64,000 nucleotides of DNA, from the NCBI RefSeq assembly GCF_031769215.1, contig NW_026782426.1:620001-684000 (forward strand), written 5' to 3'. Below are positions 1 through 12,599 of this stretch, piece by piece. The DNA comes from Ylistrum balloti. Its lineage: Eukaryota. Position 1 is the first letter of the stretch. Each line of letters begins with the position of its first letter. The notes below the pieces were generated by a model. It did no database searches, was not told the DNA's origin, and worked only from the letters and a program-made list of their open reading frames with translations. The position numbers and the translations under genes were made by a program.

Positions 1-481
1 TATTGCATCTTGCAGAATATCCTTTCTTCTGCAGACACATTTTTGTCAATGAAGCTGAACATACATCTCTTGTCAATCCTGATGCCAAATTGATGTCTTG
101 AGAGCCAGAAATTTAAAGATCTGAGATGTATACTAGGCCTTGAAAGTTGGAACATGGGAGGCATCTTACCAAGGACTTTCCTTACACAGTGTGACAAACA
201 TAAACATTTAACTGTTCACCTTGACTTACACAATAGGTAGACATGTTCAATGACAGAAGCATATTAGTGGAAACAACCATCAAACATTTGTCCTATTCTG
301 GCTGCCATGTAAATATTTGTAACAGACTTAAAATTTTTATGTTATATCCCAAGTCTCTCTTCTTCCCGTCTTTGACATACACAGACATCCACCACAGTTT
401 CATCTCAATATGATTACAATTGCTTTTTTTCGCAAATGTTGACAATGCTTGTTGGTAAAGCAAATTTTCTTGAAATGTCAA
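1..481 (-). pseudogene. Decayed coding remnant, possibly a DNA-transposase fragment
   Basis: Near-open frame with scattered stops (VYVKDGKKRDLGYNIK...CHTV*GKSLVRCL...LTRDVCS). The resemblance to invertebrate transposases is loose and judged by eye. Confidence 0.25.
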
Positions 482-917
482 AAATGATTTCCTGAAGTTA
501 TTAGATAAGGTCCCTTAACTAAATTTTTTTTTTTTGCTGATTGGTGCAATTTTTGTCCATAAGCTTTCCCAATTGACTGTCTGAATCATATTACTGCATA
601 TATAATTGTAACTTAGGAGATTTCTAACCCTTTTGTATAGACTCTTATTTCCTGTTCTGTCAATGAGTTTTCACACCAGCACAATTACCCAGCCACTCCA
701 CAGCCTACAAGGGAAGAGACCAGGACACCATCCCATGATTACAAAAGTTTAATTTTGTAGTCAGGTCAGAGACTAACAGTATCAGGAGTTAGGGAGTGTT
801 AGCCATTTTACACTCCTTCATTAAACATACCCGACAGACACCAGACTCAGACACACCAATCAGTCAAGTCCATGCATCCAGGCATCATTTCACACCAATC
901 CAGTCATCATGTGATTT

Positions 918-1127
918 GTTTCCATAGTGACAAGGCATTATAATCTGACACCAAACTGATGTATATCCATGGTAACACATGACACATATTGTGTTGCTAT
1001 GGTAACATGTTGTGATTGTGCTGCTATGGTAACATGTTATACATGTCACATTGCTATCTTTGGATGACACAAACAATACGTTGCTATGGTAACATGATTC
1101 ATGTTGTGTTTGTGTTACTATGGTAAC
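918..1127. promoter_or_regulatory. Tandem cluster of RFX X-box-like motifs
   Basis: GTTGCTATGGTAAC at 993 and 1080, and GTTACTATGGTAAC at 1114, fit GTHNYYATRRNAAC exactly. Near matches at 918, about 963 and 1020. Confidence 0.5.
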
Positions 1128-1328
1128 ATGGCATGTGCAATGTTGCTATGACGTTTTACACATAGTTTTTATTGTTATATGGTGATAATTAATATATAAT
1201 TGGTTAAGTTGGCAATCATATCATTTAAATTACTAAACTGGAGTAGGGGGGATGAGGGGGGATGATGGAGGAGGGAGTAAAATTCAGTTTTGAAATTTTG
1301 AAAACATGAAACCTACTGCTTTGAACTT

Positions 1329-1400
1329 GTGGTGACATGTGACATGTCTGTCATTTGTTGTGGTGACATGTCATTTGATGTGGTGACATGTCATTTGTTA
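1329..1400. repeat. Short ~20-bp tandem repeat (TGTGGTGACATGTCATTTG)
   Basis: About 3 visible copies. Confidence 0.8.
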
Positions 1401-3279
1401 CATGCTATGTATAGGATCACTCACATACCTAATAACACCTATCAACCTATATCACAGATTCCATCAATCACAAAACAGTTATACCATATATAACAAAAGT
1501 TTGTATCCATGATGACATGCCTACAGTAAGACTCTTTAATATAAGTATATAGCTCATCTATTTTATGTCATGTTACTTTGAAGCAGACATACACTTGTAG
1601 TAAGTGTACCTCCAAGGTACCATCACTACTCCAACGATGATCTGTATCCATGGCAACCCTCTTTAAAAAACACCTGTTAGGAGTGATGATGTAACATAGA
1701 TTGGAGAGTAGATCGTATCACTAGGTGGGTATAACGTCTTGGTAGGTCACCAGTAACACAGTTTCTATGACAACACCGATTGAACACACGAGACGGAGGT
1801 AACAGAAGAATGACATCATCACAGGATGACATCATCAACAACCTATTACGACACAGGTGTGACAATTAATAATTAGGTTCACACCTGTCCATGGCTCAAG
1901 ATCATTCATCTTGTACATGGCCAAGCACGGAACTCTTTGAAATTTAGAAATGTAAACAAATAATGATAAGATTATTCTCATACATCATTTAAAATCATTT
2001 GTAAACTTGTGGTTTGTGTTAGTGTTAGGATTGGACCGGACATATCATAGCTGTGATTTTCGTAACAGTGAAGATTATATACAGCTTCAATACGAAACCT
2101 AGATTTGAAAATGGGTATTGCCATGTTGTGGGCAATGAAATAAACTGTTACGTGATATTTCGTTGTCAATAAAAATGTGACATTTCATTTTTTATCTTCT
2201 TTTCCTCTCAGATAAAACTGTAAACATGTAATTCACAAAAACATCATGTTGAGAGTGTATCGGGTGACAAAATTGTTGATATGTCCTGATGGTAATACAG
2301 TATCTATATATATTCTAACATTGTCATCACTGTGAACTAAAACATTATACTATCAGAGAAACAGCTATTTTTTTTCGTTCTTATTTTCAAATCAGAGAGC
2401 AACTTTCTTGTCTAATGCCCATACAAATGTAACAAATTAACACTGACATTAATACCAGTTAGTTTTGTTTCCTTCCTTAAACACCAAAAGCTGTGAAAAT
2501 TACATTGATAATGGCTTTTTAATTTCCCTTTTAGGTGTTCTAATTTCAGAAGAAAACCTCCAATTTAGGAAGAAAACATTAGCGAACAGAAAACGCATAA
2601 ACAATGCATCATTCTGGTCTTAACTACTAAAGTTCTGACTCAGATTTAATCTGAGTCAAACAAGTGTTTGAATATTGGGAAATCTGAGTCAAAAAAATGC
2701 TTGACTATCAGTTATCTGGTGTGTTTAATTTCTGTTTCTTGTAAATTACAAAATATTATAATCTTATATCTTTGATATCTAAGAATAAAGCAGAATACAT
2801 AAGTAACAACTGAAAGTGAAGTTTAAGGGAAACATGTGGTAATTTTTTTAATCTTTTAACAGAACTCTCCTGTATCCATATTACACTATGGTACATGTGT
2901 TATACTTCCTTAAGTGTAAGAAAATATTTGTCTGTTTGATGAGCATTATCATGAAAAAAAAGCTTGACCCGTGATCATATTCTCTATAAATTATCAGTGG
3001 ACATTTTAAGGTTAGCAAGTTCCACATACAAAATGTCTATTTTTCTGTCTGTATTTTATGGTCTACATTAAAAGGTCTGAATTAGAAATATATGAGTGTC
3101 TGGGTGAATATATAGATCTATTATCTGCCTACAAGAGTCTTGTTAACACAGACTGGCCAAAATAAGGATCTAAGAGTCTGGTAGATAGAGATTGAATCAC
3201 AAGTTACAAGAGTTTGTGAGAATCGAATTTCTGTCATAGTTTAAATCATTAAGGCTAAAAATGTCCAGAACTGAAAAAA

Positions 3280-3307
3280 CAACTGTTGCACTTTCAAGAC
3301 ATTTATT
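3280..3307 (-). terminator. Polyadenylation signal of a minus-strand transcript
   Basis: AATAAA on the minus strand (tttatt at 3302-3307), followed by U-rich sequence (GTTGTTTTTTCAG). Confidence 0.45.
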
Positions 3308-3759
3308 GTTTCATATATTAATGGACAATGATTTTATACAAAAGATTAAAACAATTTGAAATCAAATTATTATGAATGCACACTATTAAAAAACCTAACA
3401 ACCATCCACATCATTACAAATGTATGGGCGCTTGAGCAAATACAAAAACATCGGAAACAGAGAAATGGTCAGGATGTCTAGTTACAAAAGATCTATTCTG
3501 GAGAATCATAAAGATGGTTTACTCTGGTTCAGACACACTAGTAACTTATCATCTTCTCTTTAATTAGTCATGGTGTGTCAGTCAGACACCAGGGACAGGA
3601 CATACGCTACAGAGTATATAACATAACAAATACAGTCATGTTGTTGTGATAAAAGTAGGCAAACAAAATATCTCCAGCCTAAAAAATTCTGTAAATGAGT
3701 CGGCAAGGACAATTGTCCTGACAACTAGTGTTAAAATCATTGTTACACTGTTGGTTATC

Positions 3760-4900
3760 CAAGGACTGGTAACCTGGGCTGGGTCAGAACTTATTGAACT
3801 GGTAACCTGGACTGGGGCACCAAGGACTGGTAACCTGGACTGAGGCACCAAGGACTGGTAACCTGGACTGGGGCACCAAGGACTGTTAACCTGGACTAGG
3901 CCACCAAGGACTGGTAACCTGGACATGGCAACCAAGGACTGGTAACCAGAACTGGGGCACCAAGGACTGGTAACCTGGACTTTGTAACCTGGACCGGGCC
4001 ACCAAGGACTGGTAACCAGAACTGGGACACCAAGGACTGGTAACCTGGACATGGCAACCAAGGACTGGTAACCTGGACATGGCCAGTAAGGACTGGTAAC
4101 CTGGACATGGCCAGTAAGAACTGGTAAGCTGGACATGACAACCAAGGACTGGTAACCTGGACATTGCCAGTTAGGACTGGTAACCTGGACTGGGGCACCA
4201 AGGACTGGTAACCTGGACATGACAACCAAAGACTGGTAACCTGGACATGGCCAGTAAGGACTGGTAACCTGGACTGGGGCACCAAGGACTGGTAACCTGG
4301 ACATGGCAACCAAGGACTGGTAACCAGAACTGGGGCACCAAGGACTGGTAACCTGGACTTTGTAACCTGGACCGGGCCACCAAGGACTGGTAACCAGAAC
4401 TGGGACACCAAGGACTGGTAACCTGGACATGGCAACCAAGGACTGGTAACCTGGACATGGCCAGTAAGGACTGGTAACCTGGACATGGCCAGTAAGAACT
4501 GGTAAGCTGGACATGACAACCAAGGACTGGTAACCTGGACATTGCCAGTTAGGACTGGTAACCTGGACATGGGCACCAAGGACTGGTAACCTGGACATGA
4601 CAACCAAAGACTGGTAACCTGGACATGGCCAGTAAGGACTGGTAACCTGGACTGGGGCACCAAGGACTGGTAACCTGGACATGGCCAGTAAGGACTGGTA
4701 ACCTGGACATGGCCAGTAAGGACTGGTAAGCTGGACATGACAACCAAGGACTGGTAACCTGGACCAGGCCACCAAGGACAGGTAACTTGGATTGGACCAC
4801 CAAGGACTGGTAACTTGGATTGGACCACCAAGGACCGGTAACTTGGATTGGACCACCAAGGACTGGTAACTTGGATTGGACCACCAAGGACTGGTAACAA
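3760..4900. repeat. 28-bp minisatellite (CAAGGACTGGTAACCTGGAC + variable 8 bp) with a 378-bp higher-order duplication
   Basis: About 40 units. The truncated variant tttgtaacctggaccggg recurs at 3981 and 4359, followed by the same series of variants. Confidence 0.95.
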
Positions 4901-4947
4901 GGGACTAATGATGTTCCTTACTTGGACAGACTAGGTAGCTCAATGAT

Positions 4948-5021
4948 TCAAATGTCTCTGGATTTCAGAAATTCTTTGTTTGAATTTGTTCCAGCTTCAT
5001 CATGTACCGTGCTGCTGCAAC
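4948..5021 (-). CDS. Candidate terminal coding exon (G)CSSTVHDEAGTNSNKEFLKSRDI*
   Basis: Acceptor ggttacag|GTTGCAG at 5021. A phase-1 join to the 18037 exon completes a signal peptide ending ARGCSS. Stop TGA at 4948-4950. The polypyrimidine tract is weak, and the phase-0 reading VAAARYMMKLEQIQTKNF* is also open. Confidence 0.45.
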
Positions 5022-7009
5022 CTGTAACCAACCCTTGTGTCAAGTACCATATACACATTGACAAGGGAACTCTGAATTCATGTTGGAACTCTTCAAGGTA
5101 AACAGGAAGTTGGAATACTTAAGAACATGGTAGCACACATTTCAAAATATACATATATTTCACACTCTTTTAAAATCATTTCCTGTCCAAAATAAACATA
5201 CTGAATGAACTATGGAGTCAGTACAGCACCAATATTTTCCACTTTGTATCGGTCCAATATGACTTTCCTCGATCGCCTCCAAGGTTTTAGGCCCTAAACA
5301 TCACTGAAAAGTCCTTAAATGACGAAACAAGTGTATGATGCCATTCATTATCTGGCTCTACAGTATCTAATTTTTAAATTTTATTGAAAGAAGCTATTTA
5401 CTTGTGTGACAAAGTACAATCCGCCTCTCAAGTATAACTGACCAGTCCTCGAACAAAGGAAAAGCTCTATGATGCAGTTGAATTCATTATTTTTCTCTAC
5501 TGTGTCTTATTTGGCAGTTCACTTGGGTGTCTTTTATACAATCCTTAAACGTCACTGACTCCTTAGCAAAGAAACAGCAGTATGATGCAGTTTTAATTGT
5601 AATATTCAGCCTATATAATGTGACTGAACATTTAAGTACACTCTATATATATTGGAGATTTTTTGATAATTTCTTTAATTACACTGAAGAATGAATCATT
5701 CAGACTTCTTGTGACATTTTATCTGTTTCTTAGACCAAGAGACAAATGAGCACTGATGATGTGTTTTGAAATATGTATCTAGAACAGAGCTGGTCATATA
5801 ATTATTTACAGTTTTGTAACCATTTTTTAGTACAATTTGTACATCATAAATGCATAATTTCAGTTTCTCTTCAGTTTATATATCATTTAATTAAAAATTA
5901 TCTCCCTTTGAAATTTGTTTTATCTTCGCATACGCTAGAAATAGATTAATGGTGATATGGAGTCCCTGATGGAAGAAAAAAAGACCTCTCCTCTTGCACT
6001 GTTACAGTACATCCAATCTCTCATGGATCACCGCTATCTCTACTGGCTCAAGAATTGAAATCAGCATCATAAATTTGATAAATATAAAAACGTGAATAAC
6101 AACTTCAATGGTAATGTTAACGACTTCCAATACATATCTGTAAATCTGCAAGTGTTTCTCAGTTAAATTCACAATGATTATCTCCCCTTGACATGGAAAT
6201 CTCTTATGTTACATAGCTATGCACTTTGGAGTCACTCACCTCCCGTTTTAAACTGCAAAATGTTTACTTAATCTACAATGCTATCAAGCAGAAAGGATAA
6301 CTGCCCCTTGTTGTCAGATTGGTGGCAGGACTGAAGATTGAGAATATACATGCGAAGCTGTCGTTAACTTCTGATAACATAACAGGTGAGAAGTGTATGT
6401 TCCTATGAGTAACTCCAGAATATAATTGGATCACGGAAAACGGACAAAACATTAGATTTGATAAGACCAATTTTGATTTACAAACAAAAAAAAATTACTT
6501 CTTTTTTCATTCTTATCCTCTAGTAAGCATACATTTGAAATTTAACCATTTTTCCTATATTATTTTTGTCAAGCTGAGGTGAACTGTCTGAAAGTGTTTA
6601 CTTATACTATTGGTCAGCATCCTGGAAGAGATCTAAATATACTTACAACTTAATGTCCGCAAGGAATACACATCTTGATGAAAAAAAAAATTATGGTGGT
6701 ATTGTTCCAGAATGTTTGTTAATATTTCATGGTTTCCTGGAACATGGAGGCGTTTTTATCCCAACCTTGAACCAAATGTTTCTCATGTATCAATTGATTG
6801 TTTATGCTTGAAAATCAATATTTTCAAGTTTGATGTTTAAATATACTAAAGGGTCAATATCAATCATATCTCTTTCTGCCTTGTTCACTTTGGTTACATT
6901 CTTTTGACCCAGCAAACCTGCCCTCACAATGGCCTCAAAATGGCCTCACGGCAGCCATGTATAAAATTGTATGCTACTGTTTAACTATTGGTACCCAACA
7001 TTTTTCAAT

Positions 7010-7420
7010 AACAAGAGGCCCATATGGCTTGTATCTCTCCACTGGTCACTTAAATTCCTTCATCTTAACTGAATGCCCTGCTGCCCAACGAATGGTTTCA
7101 ACAAAATTGACCTGCTATTACCAAAGGATGCATCAGACCACACATGGACAAAATTGAATCATTATAATAATAATAATAATAAGTCGTAATAAAAATGAAT
7201 GCTTTTAAACAATTTGCTACTTTCACCTTTTGGGCCTCAAACCTTTTACGAAAGGGGAGCCAGGCCCACTGTTTATAAAATCCGATTCCTCTTAACCCAA
7301 GAATACTTAGATCAAACAGATCAAAATCAATGCTGGATTTATGACTACAGTAGCGAGTTTAAGAAAATGTTGATGGACAACAGACGATGCTTTTTGGCAT
7401 CAGGACCATGTGAGCTAAAA
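7010..7420 (+). mobile_element. Non-autonomous element of a bivalve Helentron/MITE-like family
   Basis: Starts AACAAGAGGCCCA and ends ...GTGAGCTAAAA, termini I recall from common bivalve dispersed elements. The superfamily assignment is tentative. Confidence 0.5.
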
Positions 7421-10069
7421 ATCACAGATATAAAGAATTTGTGGTATTCAGGTAAAATAACACTTGATATGATATTATCAATTTCATACTTAAGTGATTC
7501 TGATTACTAATAGAAGTAGAAAAGAAAAAAATACAGTTTGCAATAAATAAACAGATATATCTTAACACATGTGTACAATTTCAAAGTGTGATTGCACAGA
7601 ATGTATTTGGGAAGAGTTTAACCAAATTTGTATGACAACTTTAAGACAAGATTAACAAAGGGCAATAACTCCAATAAAACGAACAAAACAGAAATAACTC
7701 AAACTACAGAGTGGAAAAATTATATCTGTTGGTTTAAAAAAAAAAAGAATCAGACCAACACTAAAGGAGTGATCTGGACCTAGTTATACAAGCAGATGGC
7801 ATCAAGTACTTCCACACTGCTTTCCTCTTCTGCAGACATAAACTATCAAAAAATATATATACAAACTCCTAACCCCTGACAATTCAATAATTAGGGCACA
7901 TGCATCGCTGAAATTGACAACAGGCATGCAGAAATTCACATTTCCGTACACTAATTTTTGGAGGTAAATTTGTGGGAGTTATGGGAAACTTCAAAATTTT
8001 GAGAGCCAGGATGCAAAAACTCTACATTTTCAGACAGTCTAGCTTTCTGCTGCAAATTCTGAAGAACCAGTTGTATGTGACAAATTCTATGGAGTCAAAA
8101 CAGAAAAAGTAAAAAAAAAAAATTTTCCCATAACCCCAGTGAAACTGTTTGTGTCAGTACTGTTACATTAGAGTACCCCCTTGGAGTTAGTTAGAGACAC
8201 AGCGGGAGGCCGATCATTTGTACATGTTGTCTGGGTCTTTACCGCTCACAGGAACTGGGGACATGCACCATGTTTTATATTTGTATATATAAGAATCGGG
8301 GAATAAAAAGGCCGTGATTGATAACAGTCTAAAGTACAATTACAAGTTAGACTCTGCTAGCATTTTAAGTGCAGAAAAAATTAAAAATGAAAACAAAATT
8401 TTGGTGCAAATGCTCCAAATCAGCAAGCTGAATCTTAAACATCAAATATCTTTTTTATACTTTAAACATATTTTGGTAATTGATCCTGAAAATTGTTTGC
8501 AAATACCTCTGCTCCAGTATCATAGGTCAATTTCACATCAGTTATCATAGTTAGGTAACGGGTATAAACCAGTCATTTATTAACTGCCAATGGAGGCTCG
8601 TTAACGATGACAATAAGCTGAAAGACATGCATGGAGGAGACAGTAGTTAATGCTAAGTCTGAGTTTATAGAGAAAAAGACTCCAGATGATTGGGAAAGCC
8701 TTGCAGGAAAATACATTTGGTGTGTGATATAATGGTATATAATGAGCCAAAAATACATAACACAGGAATTAGGAAATTTAGGCATATAGACTTAGCCTAG
8801 ATAGACACAGGATAAGACTTTTGTACTGTTTACTAGGAATTAGTAAATTGCATCGGAGTTAACTTTGCCATCAGATAGAGACAAATGATTACGGTAAAAA
8901 GTGGGCGTTTGTGCAATGAAAACTGCTGGAGAATGCCGATCAATCCGTGATACAGAATTCTTCATCTGAGTTTGTGTTTTTTTCATATGTATGTTTGTGT
9001 ATCTATGTCAGTGCCATAGCTATAATGAAATACCAGTCCTAAGTCATATTTATCAAGGATAAATGAAATCAGACCATTATCAGAATTATGATCTGTCTGC
9101 CAACAATGGCACCAGCGATTCACCAGTGACTACATGATTAGGGTTCCAAACAAATATACAACAGCAAACACAATCTACAAAACAAGAAATCAACAATTCC
9201 CTTTTCCTCCTTGACAACAAGTACAAATCAACAGCTGATTAGCCCAATAAAAATGCTTACTTGGCATACTGCAAAATATTAATTTTTTGTGGTTTTTTTT
9301 TTTTCAAACATTTCATTTGAACTCTTAATCTATGCATTCCTATTTACTTGAAATATTACATTGTTGAATTTTTTATTCATTTTTAAAACTGAATTTCTTT
9401 TTATCATTAACTCATAAAATCCACAAGATTTCAACATGATTGTAATTCTTTGAAAAAAAACCCCGCAAAATTCAAACCTTCAAGATAAGGTGATTTGATA
9501 TTACACAAGGCATAATAATCTTGTATTGTTGTAGACAAATGTGAAGAATGGAGGAAATTTGATGGTAGGAAGGAAACAATACTGTGGAATGGAAGAACAG
9601 AGACAGTGCCTGTAAAGATGGTGGAAGAAAACTTTTGAAGGTACAACAAGTTTTGAAAATGGAGAAAGTGTTTGGCTGGAATATGTTTGGCATTGTTGCT
9701 TTTCTGCAGGCAGTAAGGCATACTTTGAACCAACTTTTCTTTGTATCAAATTTATTTTAAAAAAATTGGTGATCACAACCAATTTCAAATTATCCATTGT
9801 TGCAAGTTAAGACAGGAATGATACTTAGTGATTATAAAAAAAAGCAAATCATCGCAAATTTGTTGTGCAGCAGAAATCACGAAAAGAAATTGTTTTTTGG
9901 TATATTTCTAATCATCTGATGAGTTTGTAATTTAGTATGTTTAAATGTCACCACCAAACCTACATAATTGTTCTGAAGAAAATCTAACAACAAACCAAAA
10001 AATCTGTAGGTCTAAAAGCTAAAAATCCTTTAGTTTCCCATCAAGATTTCTCAGAAATAGGAAACTTAT

Positions 10070-11160
10070 CAACCTTTCTTTTGGTCATAAATCTTACTTC
10101 GTTTTAATTTCCAACTATATCCCCTGCTAATGGCTGGGCCCAGAGAAAACATCGTGTTAATAACACTGCTTTTCTCTTCACTAATGATGATGTAGTCGCA
10201 ATTAAAAACACCGTTCTCAAACATCTCCCTGGGGCAGATCACATGTGCATGATGATATATAACAGCTCGTTTGGTGTAATTGGCTCAATTTTCATACACA
10301 TTTCAACCAAAAAAATACTTATATATATAAGACACTCTCATAATTTCGTATTCCCTTTTGTGTAACCTGAAGGTTTATCTTTTGAACTTTTTAAATATTC
10401 AAAAAATAATTGGTTTTTAATGAAGAAGGTAGTGATCTATATTCAAGGCCGTACTAAACTGATTTGCGATTTGATACCCATCCTTATCACTGCTATTTGC
10501 ATACCCATACGATTTCTGTATATAAGGAAGGGAATATTTGTTCAAATTGTCAGGTTTTTGCCCATTCCTGCGGGAAGAATAGTAATTTATGGAGACAGCT
10601 TGAAATTTGATTCCAAGGTTATCGGAGTTGATTGAGAATTTGATAGTCTTCAGTATTGTTTTTACACCCGTTTCATCATTCTCCTCGTTTCAAATATTCG
10701 GTAAATTTTTAACATGGTTTAAGCAAATACATACAATGATAAGACGTGCCGTGATTCGGTAATTCCAGAAATTTACAAAATACATTGGGTGATTTATAAA
10801 GATGTTTTCAGATTTATGTCCTTAAGGAATCTTGTGTTTGAGTTAGTGTCTTGCTTTGCATCTAGGCAGAAAATATATACAACATTTAAATTGAATTTGG
10901 GGTTCATTTTAGCAATTTTCCTGGAGATATGGGGATTTATTCGGACATTTTACCTGCCCAGTGTTAAACCGCCCCACTTCTGGTTTGATTTAAAGTGATA
11001 GTGAAAATTTTCCGTTCATCTGATATGTGGTAATTGACGAAGGTATCATTATTTACTACCACATATTTCTGTATCTTGCGCTGATAATTCAACATTCCTT
11101 ATAAATGTATACTGATATAGATTTCATCTCCATGTCTAACAGTAATAGGCTTTACAACCT
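10070..11160 (-). pseudogene. Unidentified fossil reading frame (~1.1 kb)
   Basis: Stop-free 90-codon run at 10689-10420 with no ATG, a 65-codon run at 11158-10964 with one stop, and a further open piece ANYTKRAVIYHHAHVICPREMF... Confidence 0.45.
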
Positions 11161-11182
11161 ACAATATGTGACTCAAGTGTTG

Positions 11183-11400
11183 GGTGGTCAGGTGGCTTAG
11201 TGGATAACAGCACCATTTTCACTGTGATGCCTGCTAGGTTGTGATTTCTAAGCTCTGACGTAAAAAAGGCATATGTGGCAGATATCCTTACAGTTAGAAA
11301 TTTTTTCACATTAAACTTGATCTCTACCTCAGTGTTTCTATGCAGACCATAACAAAGATTTAACTAATTTCCTAAATATAGGACCTTAAATGATTGTTAA
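11183..11400 (+). mobile_element. Decayed tRNA-derived SINE
   Basis: A-box-like TGGCTTAGTGG, B-box-like GGTTGTGATTTC, and a 3' tail ...TAGGACCTTAAA. Confidence 0.55.
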
Positions 11401-11569
11401 TTATACATGAGATTTTATGAAATAAGTCTTAGAAGACTCATTTTCCAGCCTTGACATCTAATGTTATAAAATTAGTTTCATATGTACTTGTCATAAAATA
11501 ATATATTTTGGGAGCCTAATTTATGTTTGCACAAGGTTATTACAAATTCTACAAAAAAGATAATTGAAT

Positions 11570-11835
11570 GTTGTTTCTTAAAAGGGAACATAACAAGTAA
11601 TTCCAAAGAGCAACAAGATACACATTATGGAAAACAACAAAGGGCAATAACTCCAAATATCGTCAAATCAAACTGCAGTTTAGGAAAACACAGCTTCATG
11701 TTATGGTGAATAATCTCAAACAGTCAGAAAAATAGTTGGTGAAAAAGTAGATCTTCAGACAAATAAAAGCTATGACAAACGGATGTACCACGCCATACCA
11801 CAAAATGTCAAAATCTTTAACAGACGTATAACACA
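11570..11835 (+). mobile_element. Fragment of the AAAGGGCAATAACTC-core dispersed element
   Basis: Core motif at about 11638. The same motif or variants occur at 7657, 22030, 59235, 59384 and 59742. Confidence 0.45.
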
Positions 11836-12599
11836 ACATGCAATGTTAAATTACCAACCAGTGTAAGGACAGAACTGCTTTACCACAATACTGTTATAAT
11901 TTTGTATTTTGAATGAACTTTTATAACCTTAGACTACATTTTTTTTTAATGAAAACAAATTACACCCTAAGTATTAGACAAAAATACCCCCAAAAAATTG
12001 TGGATCTAATTTCCAACCTGCAGAACATGATTTCCTAATGGCATTTTTAATTTCCTGTAGACTTAAAAAAGATTCAGACTGTCAGATTTTAAAGTTCTTC
12101 AATAACATTTCCTCTTCAATAATCATTTATAATACATACTTTAATACCTTGTAATACTACACAGGTACAAGATGCACAGAATAATTTACCTGACAACATA
12201 CAATGTTTTAAAAAAAATATGTCTTAATGTCAAAATTTAAACATGGAAAAGTGAATTTAAATTCAGCAAGAAGTTAAAAACTGACAAATTTGTTTTAGAA
12301 AATTTGGTTTCATTGAACTTAATATTAAAGAGTCTGCCATGTTTGTTGGAATTGTTGATACTTTAAACTGTGTATTCCTTCATAGAAAATCCTGAACATC
12401 AATATGTGATACGTGAATGACTCCGCTTCTTAACAAATTAAACAATTTTCTATAAATAGAAACAATGACCTTGAAATTGAAACATGATTTTATCAAGAAT
12501 CTTTACATATACCTTAATATATGTCAACTTCAATGAAAATTACTAAAACAATGAAGGTTTGTGAGTGATGTCTGGTTTGTAGCTTTGTTGGCTGTTTGT

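Noticed and set aside
2535-2622. Possible plus-strand terminal exon (GVLISEENLQFRKKTLANRKRINNASFWS*)
   Set aside because: It has a plausible acceptor, but no upstream partner exon or recognisable homology.
3636-4900. Long minus-strand ORFs (407, 334, 123 aa) as a repeat protein
   Set aside because: They are a direct consequence of a stop-free 28-bp unit that cycles through frames. No splice or start context supports them.
4965-5021. Phase-0 reading VAAARYMMKLEQIQTKNF* as the gene's C-terminus
   Set aside because: It needs an intervening phase 1-to-0 exon, and I found only an 8-nt candidate (9261-9268). The direct phase-1 join is simpler, but this reading is not fully excluded.
11183-11260. 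tRNA gene
   Set aside because: A and B boxes are present, but there is no cloverleaf and the sequence continues into a SINE-like body.
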